From Vicinamibacterales bacterium (GTDB lineage Bacteria; Acidobacteriota; Vicinamibacteria; Vicinamibacterales; JAMQPK01), in the NCBI GenBank assembly GCA_963850725.1, contig CAWKMQ010000022.1, positions 128,347 through 192,346 of the forward strand: a stretch of 64,000 nucleotides of DNA, read 5' to 3'. A program made the translations under genes and the position numbers. Below, in pieces: positions 1 through 9,900 of the stretch (the stretch's first letter is position 1; each line of letters starts with the position of its first letter). The notes under the pieces are model-generated. The model was not told where the DNA came from. It saw only the letters and a program-made list of their open reading frames with translations, and ran no database searches.

Positions 1-2
1 AC

Positions 3-664
3 GTGCTGCCGCTCCTCGACAAGGAAGATCTTCGCCGCACGCCGAAGGCCTTCATCGGCTACAGCGACCTGACGACGGTTCTCACGTACCTGACGACGCT
101 CCATGGCATCGTCTCGTTCCACGGTCCGATGCTGGATCGGAGGCTCGGCCGTGGCGTCGAGGGCTACGATCGCGACTCGTTCGTCCGCGCGCTGACCCAG
201 GCAGAGCCGCTCGGCGAGCTTGGCGGCGGCCACGCTCGAGGCGCTTCGACCGGGAGAAGCGGCGGGGCCGCTGATGGGCGGGACGCTGGCGCAGCTCGTG
301 GCGTCGCTCGGCACGCCCTACGCGTTCAAGCCGCCGCAAGGGCCACATCCTCTTTCTCGAAGACGCCGGCGAGCGTCCGTATCGGCTCGATCGCATGCTG
401 ACGCAGCTGCGCCTGGCGGGTGTCGTCGACTCGGCATCGGCGGTCGTGCTCGGCGAGTTCAAGGATTGCGATGAGCCACGCGGAGAGCCGTCGGCGAAGG
501 GTGTGCTGGCGGCGTTACTGAAGGACTTCGAGGGGCCGGTGGTTTACGGCTTTCCGTCGGGACACACAACCGCGCCGTTCGTGACGCTGCCGTTCGGCGT
601 GCGCGCGCGCGTCGTCGCAAACGGACGGTCGCGGTTGATTATCGAAGAGGCGGGCGTCGAGTGA
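3..664 (+). CDS. ldcA: LD-carboxypeptidase (muramoyltetrapeptide carboxypeptidase, peptidase S66). The 5' end is cut by the window edge and the reading passes through three frames.
   Basis: ORFs 3..401, 220..474 and 395..664 together give the S66 motifs: FIGYSDLTT (Ser nucleophile), HILFLEDAGERPYRLDRML and FPSGHT. Frame switches lie near 215 and at GGG 340-342. Confidence 0.8.
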
Positions 665-2058
665 CGATTCATTTCATCGGTGTATGCGGGACGGCTATGG
701 CGACACTGGCGGCGCTGTTGAAGCGCAAGGGCCACGACGTGCAGGGCTCCGACGAGAACGTCTATCCGCCGATGAGCACGTTTCTGGAATCCGAGAAGAT
801 TCGGACGCTTTCCGGCTATCGCGCGGAACACATCACGCCGAGCATCGATCTGGTGGTCGTCGGCAACGCGATTTCCCGTGGGAACATCGAGCTCGAGATC
901 GTGCTCGACCGGAAGGTGCGGTACTGCTCGCTGCCCGAAGCCGTCAGGGAACACTTTCTCTGGGACGCGACGTCGATTGTCATCGCGGGCACACACGGCA
1001 AGACGACCACGACGTCGCTGGCCGGCTGGCTGCTCGTGCACGGCGGCCTGGACCCGAGCATTCTGGTGGGCGGCATCGCCCGCAACCTCGGGGACGATGG
1101 ATCGAGCTATCGGCTGGGCCAGGGCCGCGAGTTCGTCATCGAGGGCGATGAATACGACAGCGCCTACTTCGACAAGACGGCGAAGTTCCTGAAGTACCTG
1201 CCGGACATCGCCGTCATCAACAACGTCGAGTTCGATCACGCCGACATCTACAGCGATCTCGACGCCGTGCGGCTGGCGTTCCGGCGGCTCGTCAACCTCG
1301 TGCCGCGCACCGGACTGCTGTTGCTCGGGGCCGATTCGCCAGACGCGCTGGCGTTGAAGAAATGGGCCGTGAGCCCCGTCGAGACATTCGGACTCGACGA
1401 ATCATCCGACTGGCGCGCATCGGATATCACCGTCTCGAACGCGGGGCAGTCGTTCAACGTACTGCATCAGGGGTCGCTGTTCGGCGCGATGCGGCTTCCG
1501 CTCTTCGGTGCGCACAACGTTCGCAACGCGCTTGCCGCGATCGCGGTGGCGCATACCGTCTCCGTGCCGGCGGCGCTCATCGCCGAAGGGCTGGCGAGTT
1601 CCAGGGTGTGAAGCGCCGGCTCGAGATCTACGGCGAGGCGGCTGGAGTGACCGTGTACGATGACTTCGCCCACCACCCGACCGCCATCGCCGAGACGCTG
1701 GCGGGTCTCCGCGCGGCGAATCCTCATAAGCGCATCTGGGCCATTTTCGAGCCACGCTCGGCGTCGTCGAGCCGCCGCGTATTCCAGCAGGATTTCGCGC
1801 GCGCGTTCGGACCCGCCGACGAGGTCATCATTGCGCCCGTGTTCCGCACGAGTCTGCCGGAGGCCGAGCGGCTGTCCGCTCAGGAGCTCGTGAGAGACCT
1901 CAAAGGCGCGGGTCAGCGTGCGAGGGCGGCCGCGTCGATCGACGACATCGTGACGACGATCGTGAAAGAGACGAAAAGCCGGAGACCTGGTCGTCTTCAT
2001 GTCGAACGGCGGCTTTGGCGGCATCCATCAGAAAACCCTGCAGGCGCTTGGTGCATGA
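661..2058 (+). CDS. mpl: UDP-N-acetylmuramate:L-Ala-gamma-D-Glu-meso-DAP ligase (murein peptide ligase), with two apparent frameshifts
   Basis: Mur-ligase motifs are present: GVCGTAMATLA, GTHGKTTTTS, EGDEYDSAYFDK and NNVEFDHADIY. The C-terminal part lies in another frame: FQGVKRRLE, DDFAHHPTAI, FEPRS. Frame switches are at TT 1599-1600 and near 1975. The stop overlaps the next start (ATGA at 2055-2058). Confidence 0.85.
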
Positions 2059-2707
2059 GCCAGGGTCGCGTCGCCATTGTGGGAGATACCTGCGTCTCGA
2101 TTGAATTCGGCACGACAATCGATGACGCGATCAATGCGCGATGCGTGGCTTTCGCAAGGTTGCTCGAGGGCCTCGCCCTCGACGGCGTGCGCGACGTCGT
2201 GCCTACGTACAACGCCGTGACGGTCCATTTCGATCCGCGCATGATGAATCGCGGACTCGCTTTGCATAGAAATGAAGGCGCTTGCCGTGCGGACCGTCGG
2301 GCGAAGCGAGCGCCGATACGCGGACCGTCGAAGTGCCGGTGAGCTATGGTGGCGAGGCCGGTCCGGATTTGGCGGCGGTTGCGGCGTTTGCGCGATGTCC
2401 GCAGGACGAGGTGATTGGACTGCACACCGCGACGGAGTACCGCGTGTACATGCTCGGTTTTCTCCCAGGATTCCCATACATGGCAGCGGTGAACGCGAGA
2501 ATCGCCATGCCACGGCTGGATGCGCCGCGTTTACGCGTGCCGGCGGGGTCTGTGGGAATCGCCGGGATGCAGACGGGGATCTATCCGTGCGAGTCGCCTG
2601 GGGGCTGGAGAATCATCGGGAGAACATCGCTCAGACTGTTCGATGCGGCCCGCCCCGAGCCATTTCTGCTGAAAGCCGGCGACCGCGTGAAGTTCGTGGC
2701 AGCGTGA
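2055..2707 (+). CDS. pxpB: 5-oxoprolinase subunit B / KipI-type (allophanate hydrolase subunit 1 family), with one apparent frameshift
   Basis: The N-terminal part sits at the tail of ORF 1362..2342 (VPTYNAVTVHFDP). The rest is ORF 2282..2707 (EYRVYMLGFLPGFPYM, GIAGMQTGIYP). The frame switch is near 2270. Confidence 0.75.
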
Positions 2708-2711
2708 CGCG

Positions 2712-3627
2712 ATGGCGCATCTTTCCATCATTCGTCCGGGGCTGTTCACGACGGTGCAGGATCTCGGGCGTTGGGGCTATCAGTCGCGGGGCGTGCCGGT
2801 GAGCGGCGCCCTCGACTGGTTCTCACATCGTCTGGCGAATCTTCTCGTGGGCAACGATCCCACGGCCGCTGGGCTGGAAGTGACTTTGACGGGACCGCAG
2901 GTTCGATTCGAGCGTGCGACGAGCTTCGCGGTGACCGGCGCGGAGTTTGAGCTGACACTCGACGATCAGATCGTGGAGATGAATCAGGCGGTCGAGGTGC
3001 GGGCGGGATCGGTGTTGCGCTTTGGGGAGCGGATGCGGGGCGCTCGAGCCTACATCTCGGTTGCCGGCGGCGTAGATGTCTCACCGGTTCTCGGGAGCCG
3101 CTCGACACACGTCCTGACCGCGATGGGCGGTCACGAAGGCCGAGCCCTTCGCGTCGGTGATGCGCTGGCTCAAGGAGAAACGGTTCCGGGATCCGTTCTT
3201 GAAATAGCTCCGGGAGCATTTTCAAAGGCGGGGCCACTTTTCCCGTGGCGGAAACTTCGAGTTGTTCCTGTCGACCCGGGGATGGCAAAACATCTGACAG
3301 CGAGCGCGCTTCCGGATTTCGTCGCAGTCGAATCGCATGGGATACCGGCTTGAAGGTGCGACCGTGCCGATCAAAGCGACGGGAGAGCTCGTTTCGACGG
3401 CGGTGCCGACTGGCGCCATCCAGGTGCCGCCCACCGGGCAGCCGATTCTCCTGATGAACGACCACGCGACGACCGGTGGATACCGAATTGCAGGCGTTGT
3501 TATTACGGCGGACCTTCCAGTTGCGGGCCAGCTGGCGCCCGGCGACTGGGTGGAGTTCGAAACATGCTCGGTCGAAGACGCCGACGAGGCGTTGCGCCAA
3601 CGGGAGGCCCTGCTTGGCGCCTCATGA
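2712..3627 (+). CDS. pxpC: 5-oxoprolinase subunit C / KipA-type (allophanate hydrolase subunit 2 family), with one apparent frameshift
   Basis: ORFs 2712..3353 and 3337..3627 carry LFTTVQDLGRWGYQSRGVPVSGALD, GYRLEG and NDHATTGGYR. The frame switch is near 3335. Confidence 0.75.
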
Positions 3628-4553
3628 CGAATTTCTCGCGGCAAATGATGATGGCGTTTGGCGACGGGCGGCTTGCCAGCGAGGCGCCGCTGGCACCATT
3701 GACGACGTTCAAGGTCGGCGGGCCGGCGGAGTGGCTCCTGGAGACGCGATCGTCCGACGAAATCATGGAGGCGCTCCGTATCGCGCACGCCAATGGCGTG
3801 AGGGTGACCCTGCTTGGCGGCGGATCGAATGTGCTCGTCGGCGATCGCGGCGTCCGCGGACTTGTGATCCGGCCCCGTGGCGGGCAAATCGAGCAGCTCG
3901 ACGCCGAGCGCGTGCGCGCCGACGCGGCCACGACCATCAACGGGCTGGTCCGCTGGACCGTCCAGAGGGGAATCGCCGGGCTCGAAGCGTGGGCCGGTAC
4001 GCCCGGCACGGTTGGCGGCGCCATCTTCGGCAACGCGCACTTTGGGGGCCGCCTCATCGGCGAGCTGGTGGAATCGGTGCGGCTCGCCTGCGCCGACGGA
4101 TCGACCCGCGATGTTCCCCGCGACGAAATGGATTTCGGGTACGATCGAAGCCGCTTGCAGAAAACCGGCGAAGTCTTGCTGTCCGCGGTCTTCCGCGTGT
4201 CGTCGGGCGATCCCGCGGCGCTTCGCGACGTAGCCCGCCAGTCGCTCGCGTACCGCAAGAAGACGCAGCCGCTCGACACGCCGAGCGCGGGTTGCATCTT
4301 TCAGAATCCCGAGCGTCAGGATGTGCCGCCGGACATTCCCGCGTCGGCCGGTGCGCTCGTCGATCGAGCCGGGCTGAAAGGCGTCGCGCGTGGCGACGCG
4401 CGCGTCTCTCCGACGCACGGCAACTTCATCGTCAACGAAGGGCGTGCGACGGCAGCCGACATTCGCGGCCTCATCGATTTGTGCCGGTCGCGCGTGAGCG
4501 AGCGGTTTGGCGTCGCGCTACAGGAAGAGATCGTCTACCTGGGAGATTTCTGA
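3624..4553 (+). CDS. murB: UDP-N-acetylenolpyruvoylglucosamine reductase
   Basis: ORF 3564..4553 from the internal Met (MTNFS) carries PLAPLTTFKVGGPAEW, LLGGGSNVLV, AGTPGTVGGAI and SAGCIFQNP. The start overlaps the pxpC stop. Confidence 0.85.
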   Translation: MTNFSRQMMMAFGDGRLASEAPLAPLTTFKVGGPAEWLLETRSSDEIMEALRIAHANGVRVTLLGGGSNVLVGDRGVRGLVIRPRGGQIEQLDAERVRADAATTINGLVRWTVQRGIAGLEAWAGTPGTVGGAIFGNAHFGGRLIGELVESVRLACADGSTRDVPRDEMDFGYDRSRLQKTGEVLLSAVFRVSSGDPAALRDVARQSLAYRKKTQPLDTPSAGCIFQNPERQDVPPDIPASAGALVDRAGLKGVARGDARVSPTHGNFIVNEGRATAADIRGLIDLCRSRVSERFGVALQEEIVYLGDF

Positions 4554-5834
4554 TGTCGAGTTTGTTGATTGAAGGCGGCCGCCCGATCTCGGGAAGAATC
4601 GACGTCGAGGGCAACAAGAACGCCGCGCTTCCGCTGCTGGCGGCGTGCCTGCTGACGACCGAAGAGTGCGTGCTCACGAACATGCCGCGCATCGGCGATG
4701 TCGAGGTCATGGCGAAGCTGCTGACCGAGGTGGGCGCCGAAGTGCATGGCGTCGGCACGACGACGGTGCGCGTGAGGTGCCGCGACATTCTCACATCGGA
4801 GCCGACCAGCGAGCTGGTGGGCAAGCTGCGAGGCTCGGTGCTTCTGCTCGGGCCCGCTGCTGGCGCGTACCGGACGCGCGGTGCTGGCGACCCCGGGCGG
4901 CGACTTCCCGGCACGCCGCACCATCGGCACACACATCGATGCGCTCGTGCACCTCGGGGCGACGGTTCTGCCTTCGACGGGGCATGCGTTGGAGGCCCCT
5001 GACGGGCTGCACCCGGCGTCGATGTATCTCGACGAAGCGTCGGTGACAGGCACCGAGACCGCGCTTCTCGCGGCGGCGACGATCGAGGGCGTCACCGAAA
5101 TCCGTCACGCCGCCACCGAGCCGCACGTGGTCGAGGTGTGCGAGTTCCTGCAGCAGATGGGCGTCGGAATCACCGGCGCAGGATCGTCGACGATCCGCAT
5201 CGAAGGCACGACGCGGCCGAGCGGTGCGACCCACAAGCTGAACGGGGACTACATCGAGGCCGGCAGCTGGGCCGTGGTCGCCGCGGTGACGGGCGGGGCG
5301 ATCGAGGTCCGCGGCGCACGCGCGGAGGACGTCGAAGGGATCGCCTTCGTGCTGAAGCGGATGCGCATCGAATGCACGTTCGAAGACGGTCTCATGACGA
5401 TTCAACCATCGAGCCCGATTGCGGCAGGACGGATTACCACCGGCCTGTGGCCGAGCTTCCCAAGCGATTTCGTCAGCCTCGTCACGGTGCTGGCGACGCA
5501 GGCCGAGGGCCGGACGCTGATTCACGACTGGATGTACGAACTGCGTCTGTTCGCGCTGGAGCAGCTCAGCGGCATGCGGGCCGATCTGTTTCTCTGCGAT
5601 CCCCACCGGATCATCGTGACCGGGCCCAGCAAGCTGCGGGGACGCAAGCTCGACAGCCGCGATCTGCGTTCTGGAATGGCGCTGATTGCCGCCGGGCTGG
5701 CCGCCGAAGGGCAGAGCCGCCTGAGCCCGCTCGAGACCGTCGAACGCGGCTACGGGCACCTGGTCGAGCGGCTCAAGATGCTGGGCGCGCGGGTTGAGCA
5801 GATCGAGCAAAGAGTGCCGCAACCTCAGGTTTGA
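4553..5834 (+). CDS. murA: UDP-N-acetylglucosamine 1-carboxyvinyltransferase, with one apparent frameshift
   Basis: MSSLLIEGGRPISGRIDVEGNKNAALPLLAA sits at the tail of ORF 3476..5002 and continues in ORF 4881..5834. The frame switch is at CCC 4853-4855. The ATG overlaps the murB TGA (TGATG at 4551-4555). Confidence 0.85.
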
Positions 5835-7313
5835 CGACCTTGCCCATGGCGTTTCGCGGCAACTGCGACACGCACGCAAGGTTCCTCGGAATTTTGTAAG
5901 GGGCCAGACGCGTTCTGGCCCATTGTTTCAATTCCTCGAGATCGAGTCTCGCGTCCGGCCGCAGTTCGGCCGCGCAGCAGACGCGCTGACCCCACTCCAC
6001 ATCGTCCACGCCCACGACGACGCACTCGGCAATGGCGGGATGCGTGCGCAGCACCTCCTCGATTTCGAGCGCGGAGATCTTGTGTCCGCCGGATTTGAGG
6101 ATGTCGACGCTCGCGCGTCCGAGCAGGCGATACGCGCCGTCCTCGACGACGGCGGCATCGCCGGTGCGAAACCAGCCATCCACAAACGCCTCTCGTGTGG
6201 CGTCGGGCTGCCTCCAGTATTCCGAGAACACCCCCGGCCCTTTGAGCTGCAGCTCGCCGTCAACGATGCGTGCCGATACTCCGGGCAGGGGCTGGCCGAC
6301 ATACCCGGGCCGCCGATCGCCGTGCAGTGGATTCGAAAGCGCCATCCCGACCTCTGTCATGCCATACCGTTCGAGGAGGACGTGCCCGCTGATCTCCTTC
6401 CATCGATCGAGCACGATTCTGGGAAGCGCCGCGGATCCGCTCATCATCAGGCGCAGCGCGTGGCAGCCGCGCGAGCGTGACTCTCGAATATCCGCCGGCG
6501 CGCCGTCCCACGAACCGATCAGCCGGTGATAGACCGTCGGAACCGCGCTGAACAGCGTGAGCTCGCCCGACGAGAGGCGTTCCCACGTCGATTCGCTCTC
6601 GAACCGGGGCGCCATTTCGAGCACCGCGCCGCTCCAGAGCGCGCACGAGACGATGTTGAGGATTCCGTGCACGTGATGCAGGGGAAGGACGAGCAGCGTG
6701 CGATCGGATGCGGTCCATTCCCAGGCGGTCACGAGCGACTCGATCTGCGCGGTGAGATTGGCGTGCGTCGTGACGACGCCTTTCGGACGGCCGGTCGTGC
6801 CGCTGGTGTAGACGATCAAGGCGCGGCGGTTCATTAGGTTCGTTGGGTTCGTAAAGTTCGTAGAGTTCGTAGGGTTCGTCAGGTTCGTGGAGTCGTAGCG
6901 TCAGGTTCGTCGGGTTCGTAAGGTTCGCGCTCGTGTAGAAGCGCGCGCCTGCCGAGCTCGCGAGGGGCTCGATCGCTGCCTGGTTCTCAGCGTCCGCAAC
7001 CACAATGGACGCGTCCGAATCCTGAATCAGGTACGCGAGCTCGGCCGGTGGGTGAGACAGCGGCAGCGGGACGGCGATGCCGCCGGCGAGCCAGATGCCC
7101 CACTGCACGGCCACGTACTCGAATCCCGGCGTGACGAGAAACGCCGACGCGTGCCTCATCGAGATCGCTGCGCCCGTCGAGCAGTCGCGCTGCCACGTCC
7201 GCCGCCGCGGCGCAAAGCTGATCGTATGTGTAGCGTCCGTTGCGATCGAAAATGGCCGTACGAGTCCCATGAGCGCTTGCGCGCGCCACGATGGCAGGCA
7301 CCACGGGAGCCAT
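5773..7313 (-). CDS. AMP-dependent acyl-CoA synthetase/ligase (malonyl- or fatty-acyl-CoA ligase-like), with two apparent frameshifts and an internal 9-nt repeat array
   Basis: ORF 5773..6834 carries IVYTSGTTGRPKG, YGMTE, TGD and KIPR. The N-terminal part is spread over ORFs 6987..7397 and 6260..7270. The ATG at 7313 lies 1 nt after the secretin stop (TAG-C-ATG). Confidence 0.75.
6837..6930. repeat. Tandem 9-nt array with core GGTTCGT (about 9 units), inside the acyl-CoA synthetase CDS
   Basis: Read directly: ggttcgttg ggttcgtaa agttcgtag agttcgtag ggttcgtca ggttcgtgg, then a 13-nt irregular segment, then ggttcgtcg ggttcgtaa ggttcgcgc. The same core forms the left arm of the array at 49482. 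Confidence 0.9.
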
Positions 7314-7314
7314 G

Positions 7315-9186
7315 CTACTGCGGAGGTGGTGATTGCCCCGGGTTGGGCGGGGCTTGAGGCGCCGGTGGAAGGATCGGGCGCGAGGATGGCAGCCCACTGG
7401 GAGCCGGCCGTTCGGGCAATTCCCCCGGCGGCGGCGCCTGGTCTTCCGGAGGAAGCGGCAGATCCACGCCGCCAGCCGGCGCGGGGCTGACAGGTCCGGC
7501 GCTCGGTCCCGAGTCGCGGCCCATCTGGAAGGCGCGCAGGTCGTCCTCGGTGATGTCGAGCACGCGCACGATGCGCGGTGTCAGCATCAGGATGACGTCG
7601 GTCTGCTGCCGCTCGTTGCTCGAGTGCCCGAAGATGTGCCCGACAGCCGGAATGTCGCTCAGCCCGGGGATTCCATCGCGGACCTTCCGCTCGTCATCAC
7701 GAATCAGGCCGGCGAGCATGTTGGTCTCGCCGTCGCGCAGGCGAATCGTCGTCTTGATGAGCCGGTTGCCGAACGTCGGCAATCCCCCAAATCCCTCGCC
7801 CGAGATGCTCGTCACCGAGATCGCCAGCGCCAGCGTCACGTCGTTGTCCATGTGCGTGCGCGGCGTGATGTCGATGTTGACGCCGATGTTCTCGTAGTTG
7901 AACGACGTAATCGGCTGCTGGTTCACGCCGCCAGTCGCGATGGGCGAGAACGTCGTGACGGGTACCGGCACGCGCTCGCCGAACTGGGCCTGCGCGGCGA
8001 TGCCGACCTGTGACCGGAGCTGGGGATTCGCGAGCACGCGCGTCGCGCGATCCTGCTTGATGAGCCGGTAGTACAGGCCCGGCACGTTGGTCATGAATAC
8101 GTTGGAGGCGGTCAGGTTCTGCAGATCCTGGAGCGTCAGGCCTGGCTTGTTGACGTCGGCCACGCCGTTGATGCCGGCCGAGTTCGGCGACGCGAACTGC
8201 AATCCCCATTCGTTCAGCCGCGTCCGGTTCACCTCGAGCAGCTCGACATCGGTCATCACTTCGGGACGGGCCTTGTCGATCATGCTGATGAGCCGGCCCG
8301 CCGCGTCAATCCGTTCGGCCGTGTCGGTAATGGTGATGGCGTTGGTCCCCGCGATCGCGGCGATACGGCGGGCGTCGATGACGATCCGCAGCATGTCCAT
8401 CGTCTCTTTGACGTCGGCATTGCTGAGATAGAACGTGCGCACCAGGTCTTCTTCGTACTCGCGCCGTTTCGCCGGTGTATCGGGCACGATGGCGATCGTG
8501 CGTGGCGCCGTCACCCGATAGAAGGTCTGCGTGCTGGCAGTAATCGCGCGGAGCGCCTGGTCCAGGGTCTGGTTGCGAATCTCGATGTTGATCGGCTGCG
8601 CGCGGAAGGCCGGGTCGAAGACGACGTTCACTTTTGACATCTGCGCCAGCGCGCGAATGACGATGTCGCTGCTCGCGTTGCGGAAGTTCAGCTCATCCGG
8701 CAAAGGATCGGCCGGAATCGAGATGCCGGGCAGCGGCTGGTCCCGCATGCGCTCGACCAGCGCCTCGAGCTCGGTTTTTCCATCTCTCCGCACCGGCACC
8801 TTGGCGCGGAGCACGCTTTGCGTGTCCGCCAGCTCTTTCTGCACCTGGGCGTTTTCTGGATTGAGCTCGGCGGCCAGCTGATATTCGGCGACCGCTTCGT
8901 CGAGCCGGCCGGTGCCGGCGAGGCGGCGCGCCCGCGTGAAGTGATCCTGCGACGCGCGCAGCTTGGCGCGCTGCAGGCCGGTTCGCGCGTTCACGTCGTC
9001 CGGATTGCTCTGGAGCGCCCGGGTGTACTCGACGACCGCCACGTCGTAGTCCTGCCGGTCTTCGGCTTTGCGTGCTTCCCGAAGCGCCGCGCTGGTAATG
9101 CAACCGGAGATCGTCGCGGCGATCAAGAGAACTGAAATCGATCGCCCGAATGAGAATCGCGCGAGCACCCTAGCGGCCCCCGCCAT
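7315..9186 (-). CDS. Secretin (GspD/PilQ superfamily) with a lipoprotein signal peptide, N-terminal TPR region and Pro-rich C-terminal tail
   Basis: ORF 7315..9249 is read from the internal Met (MAGAARVLARFSF...LLIAATISG|C, a lipobox). It has TPR-like helices (YDVAVVEYTRALQSNPDD, EAVAEYQLAAELNPEN). The secretin core carries ANPQLRSQVG, INIDITPRTH, RLRDGETNMLAGLI, IPGLSDIPAVGHIF and LMLTPRIV. The ORF is intact. Confidence 0.8.
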   Translation of the reverse strand: MAGAARVLARFSFGRSISVLLIAATISGCITSAALREARKAEDRQDYDVAVVEYTRALQSNPDDVNARTGLQRAKLRASQDHFTRARRLAGTGRLDEAVAEYQLAAELNPENAQVQKELADTQSVLRAKVPVRRDGKTELEALVERMRDQPLPGISIPADPLPDELNFRNASSDIVIRALAQMSKVNVVFDPAFRAQPINIEIRNQTLDQALRAITASTQTFYRVTAPRTIAIVPDTPAKRREYEEDLVRTFYLSNADVKETMDMLRIVIDARRIAAIAGTNAITITDTAERIDAAGRLISMIDKARPEVMTDVELLEVNRTRLNEWGLQFASPNSAGINGVADVNKPGLTLQDLQNLTASNVFMTNVPGLYYRLIKQDRATRVLANPQLRSQVGIAAQAQFGERVPVPVTTFSPIATGGVNQQPITSFNYENIGVNIDITPRTHMDNDVTLALAISVTSISGEGFGGLPTFGNRLIKTTIRLRDGETNMLAGLIRDDERKVRDGIPGLSDIPAVGHIFGHSSNERQQTDVILMLTPRIVRVLDITEDDLRAFQMGRDSGPSAGPVSPAPAGGVDLPLPPEDQAPPPGELPERPAPSGLPSSRPILPPAPQAPPNPGQSPPPQ

Positions 9187-9812
9187 CGGTGACGACTTCA
9201 ACGTTGCGCGGCATCTGAAACACGAACTGGTTATCGGCAATGCCGACATTTTCCTTGAAATTCGAGAAGGTGAACGCCGAGCGGCCGCCCTGCGCGTCGA
9301 TCGTGATGAGCATCTGCAAATCCAGTGTTTTGGGCTCGACGACCAGCGTCAACGACTCGGTACTCGGGCTCGCGCCGCTTGGGCGTCAGCTTCAACGCGA
9401 TCGAGCCGGCGGGCGCATCGGGCACCTTGTCGAACGCGGCGTTGAAGTCGCGGGTGAGGTCGCCCTTGCCCGTCAGGAACAGCGCCGGCGTCGGGGCCTG
9501 TTCGTCGCGCGGCATCGTGCCGACGACAACCTGCTTGTCGAGCGGAATGTAGGAGTAGATCTTGCGCCCGTCGGAAACGAAGAGCTTCCGCTCGGGAGCA
9601 GTGTACTCCCATCTCATCTTTCCGGGTTTCTTGACCAGGAGCTTGCCGCGCTCGGTGGCCTGCTGTTTGAGCACGCCGCCACGGTAGGCATGGACGAAGT
9701 CGGCGGAAAAGTCGGCCACCTTGTCGTACCTGCGCTGCAGGTCGCGCGCGAGGGCGTCGGCCGTCTGGGCAGGGGCCGACTGGGCCGCCATGACCCCCGA
9801 CAGGGCCAGCAT
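9170..9812 (-). CDS. LolA-like outer-membrane lipoprotein carrier family protein, with one apparent frameshift. The start codon is uncertain.
   Basis: ORFs 9231..9812 and 9170..9352 carry FSADFVHAYRGG, GKLLVKKPGKMRWEY and VSDGRKIYSYIP. The frame switch is near 9355. A signal-peptide-like stretch (FAFVTAGIMLALSGVMAA) extends upstream of the first ATG without a canonical start. The 3' end overlaps the secretin start by 17 nt. Confidence 0.65.
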
Positions 9813-9867
9813 GATGCCCGCAGTTACGAAGGCGAAGTCCCACGGTACCTTAAAGATAGCACTTTCC

Positions 9868-9900
9868 AGGGCTTAGGGCTCAGGGCTTAGGGCTGAGGGG
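9868..9900. repeat. Heptamer tandem array AGGGCT(T/C/G) (minus sense CCCTAAG/CCCTGAG), 4-5 units
   Basis: Plus strand reads agggctt agggctc agggctt agggctg agggg. On the minus strand, stops fall at TAA 9889-9887 (the DUF2723 stop), TGA 9882-9880 and TAA 9875-9873. Confidence 0.85.

Noticed and set aside
3222-4418. Long ORFs antisense to, or out of frame with, recognised genes. Examples are 3222..4418(-), 4791..5879(-), 33018..34418(-), 34928..36415(-), 40526..42277(+), 52951..54222(-), 25974..26819(-) and 57273..58031(-).
   Set aside because: They have Arg/Ala/Gly/Pro-rich, motif-free translations and lie opposite genes with clear family signatures. Stop-poor alternative frames are expected at about 66% GC.
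6837-6930. The short tandem arrays (this one and those at 9868, 23201, 40409, 49482, 54213, 58214, 60829, 61601 and 62467) considered as CRISPR arrays.
   Set aside because: The units are 7-9 nt and directly abutting, with no 25-40-nt spacers and no repeats of CRISPR length. No cas genes are present.
6837-6930. The N-x-T sequons (NLT, NST, NFT) encoded by the array in the acyl-CoA synthetase, considered as glycosylation sites linked to the neighbouring GT-C-like protein.
   Set aside because: The enzyme is cytoplasmic and has no signal peptide. The sequons are a trivial consequence of translating ACGAACC repeats, so this is coincidence.
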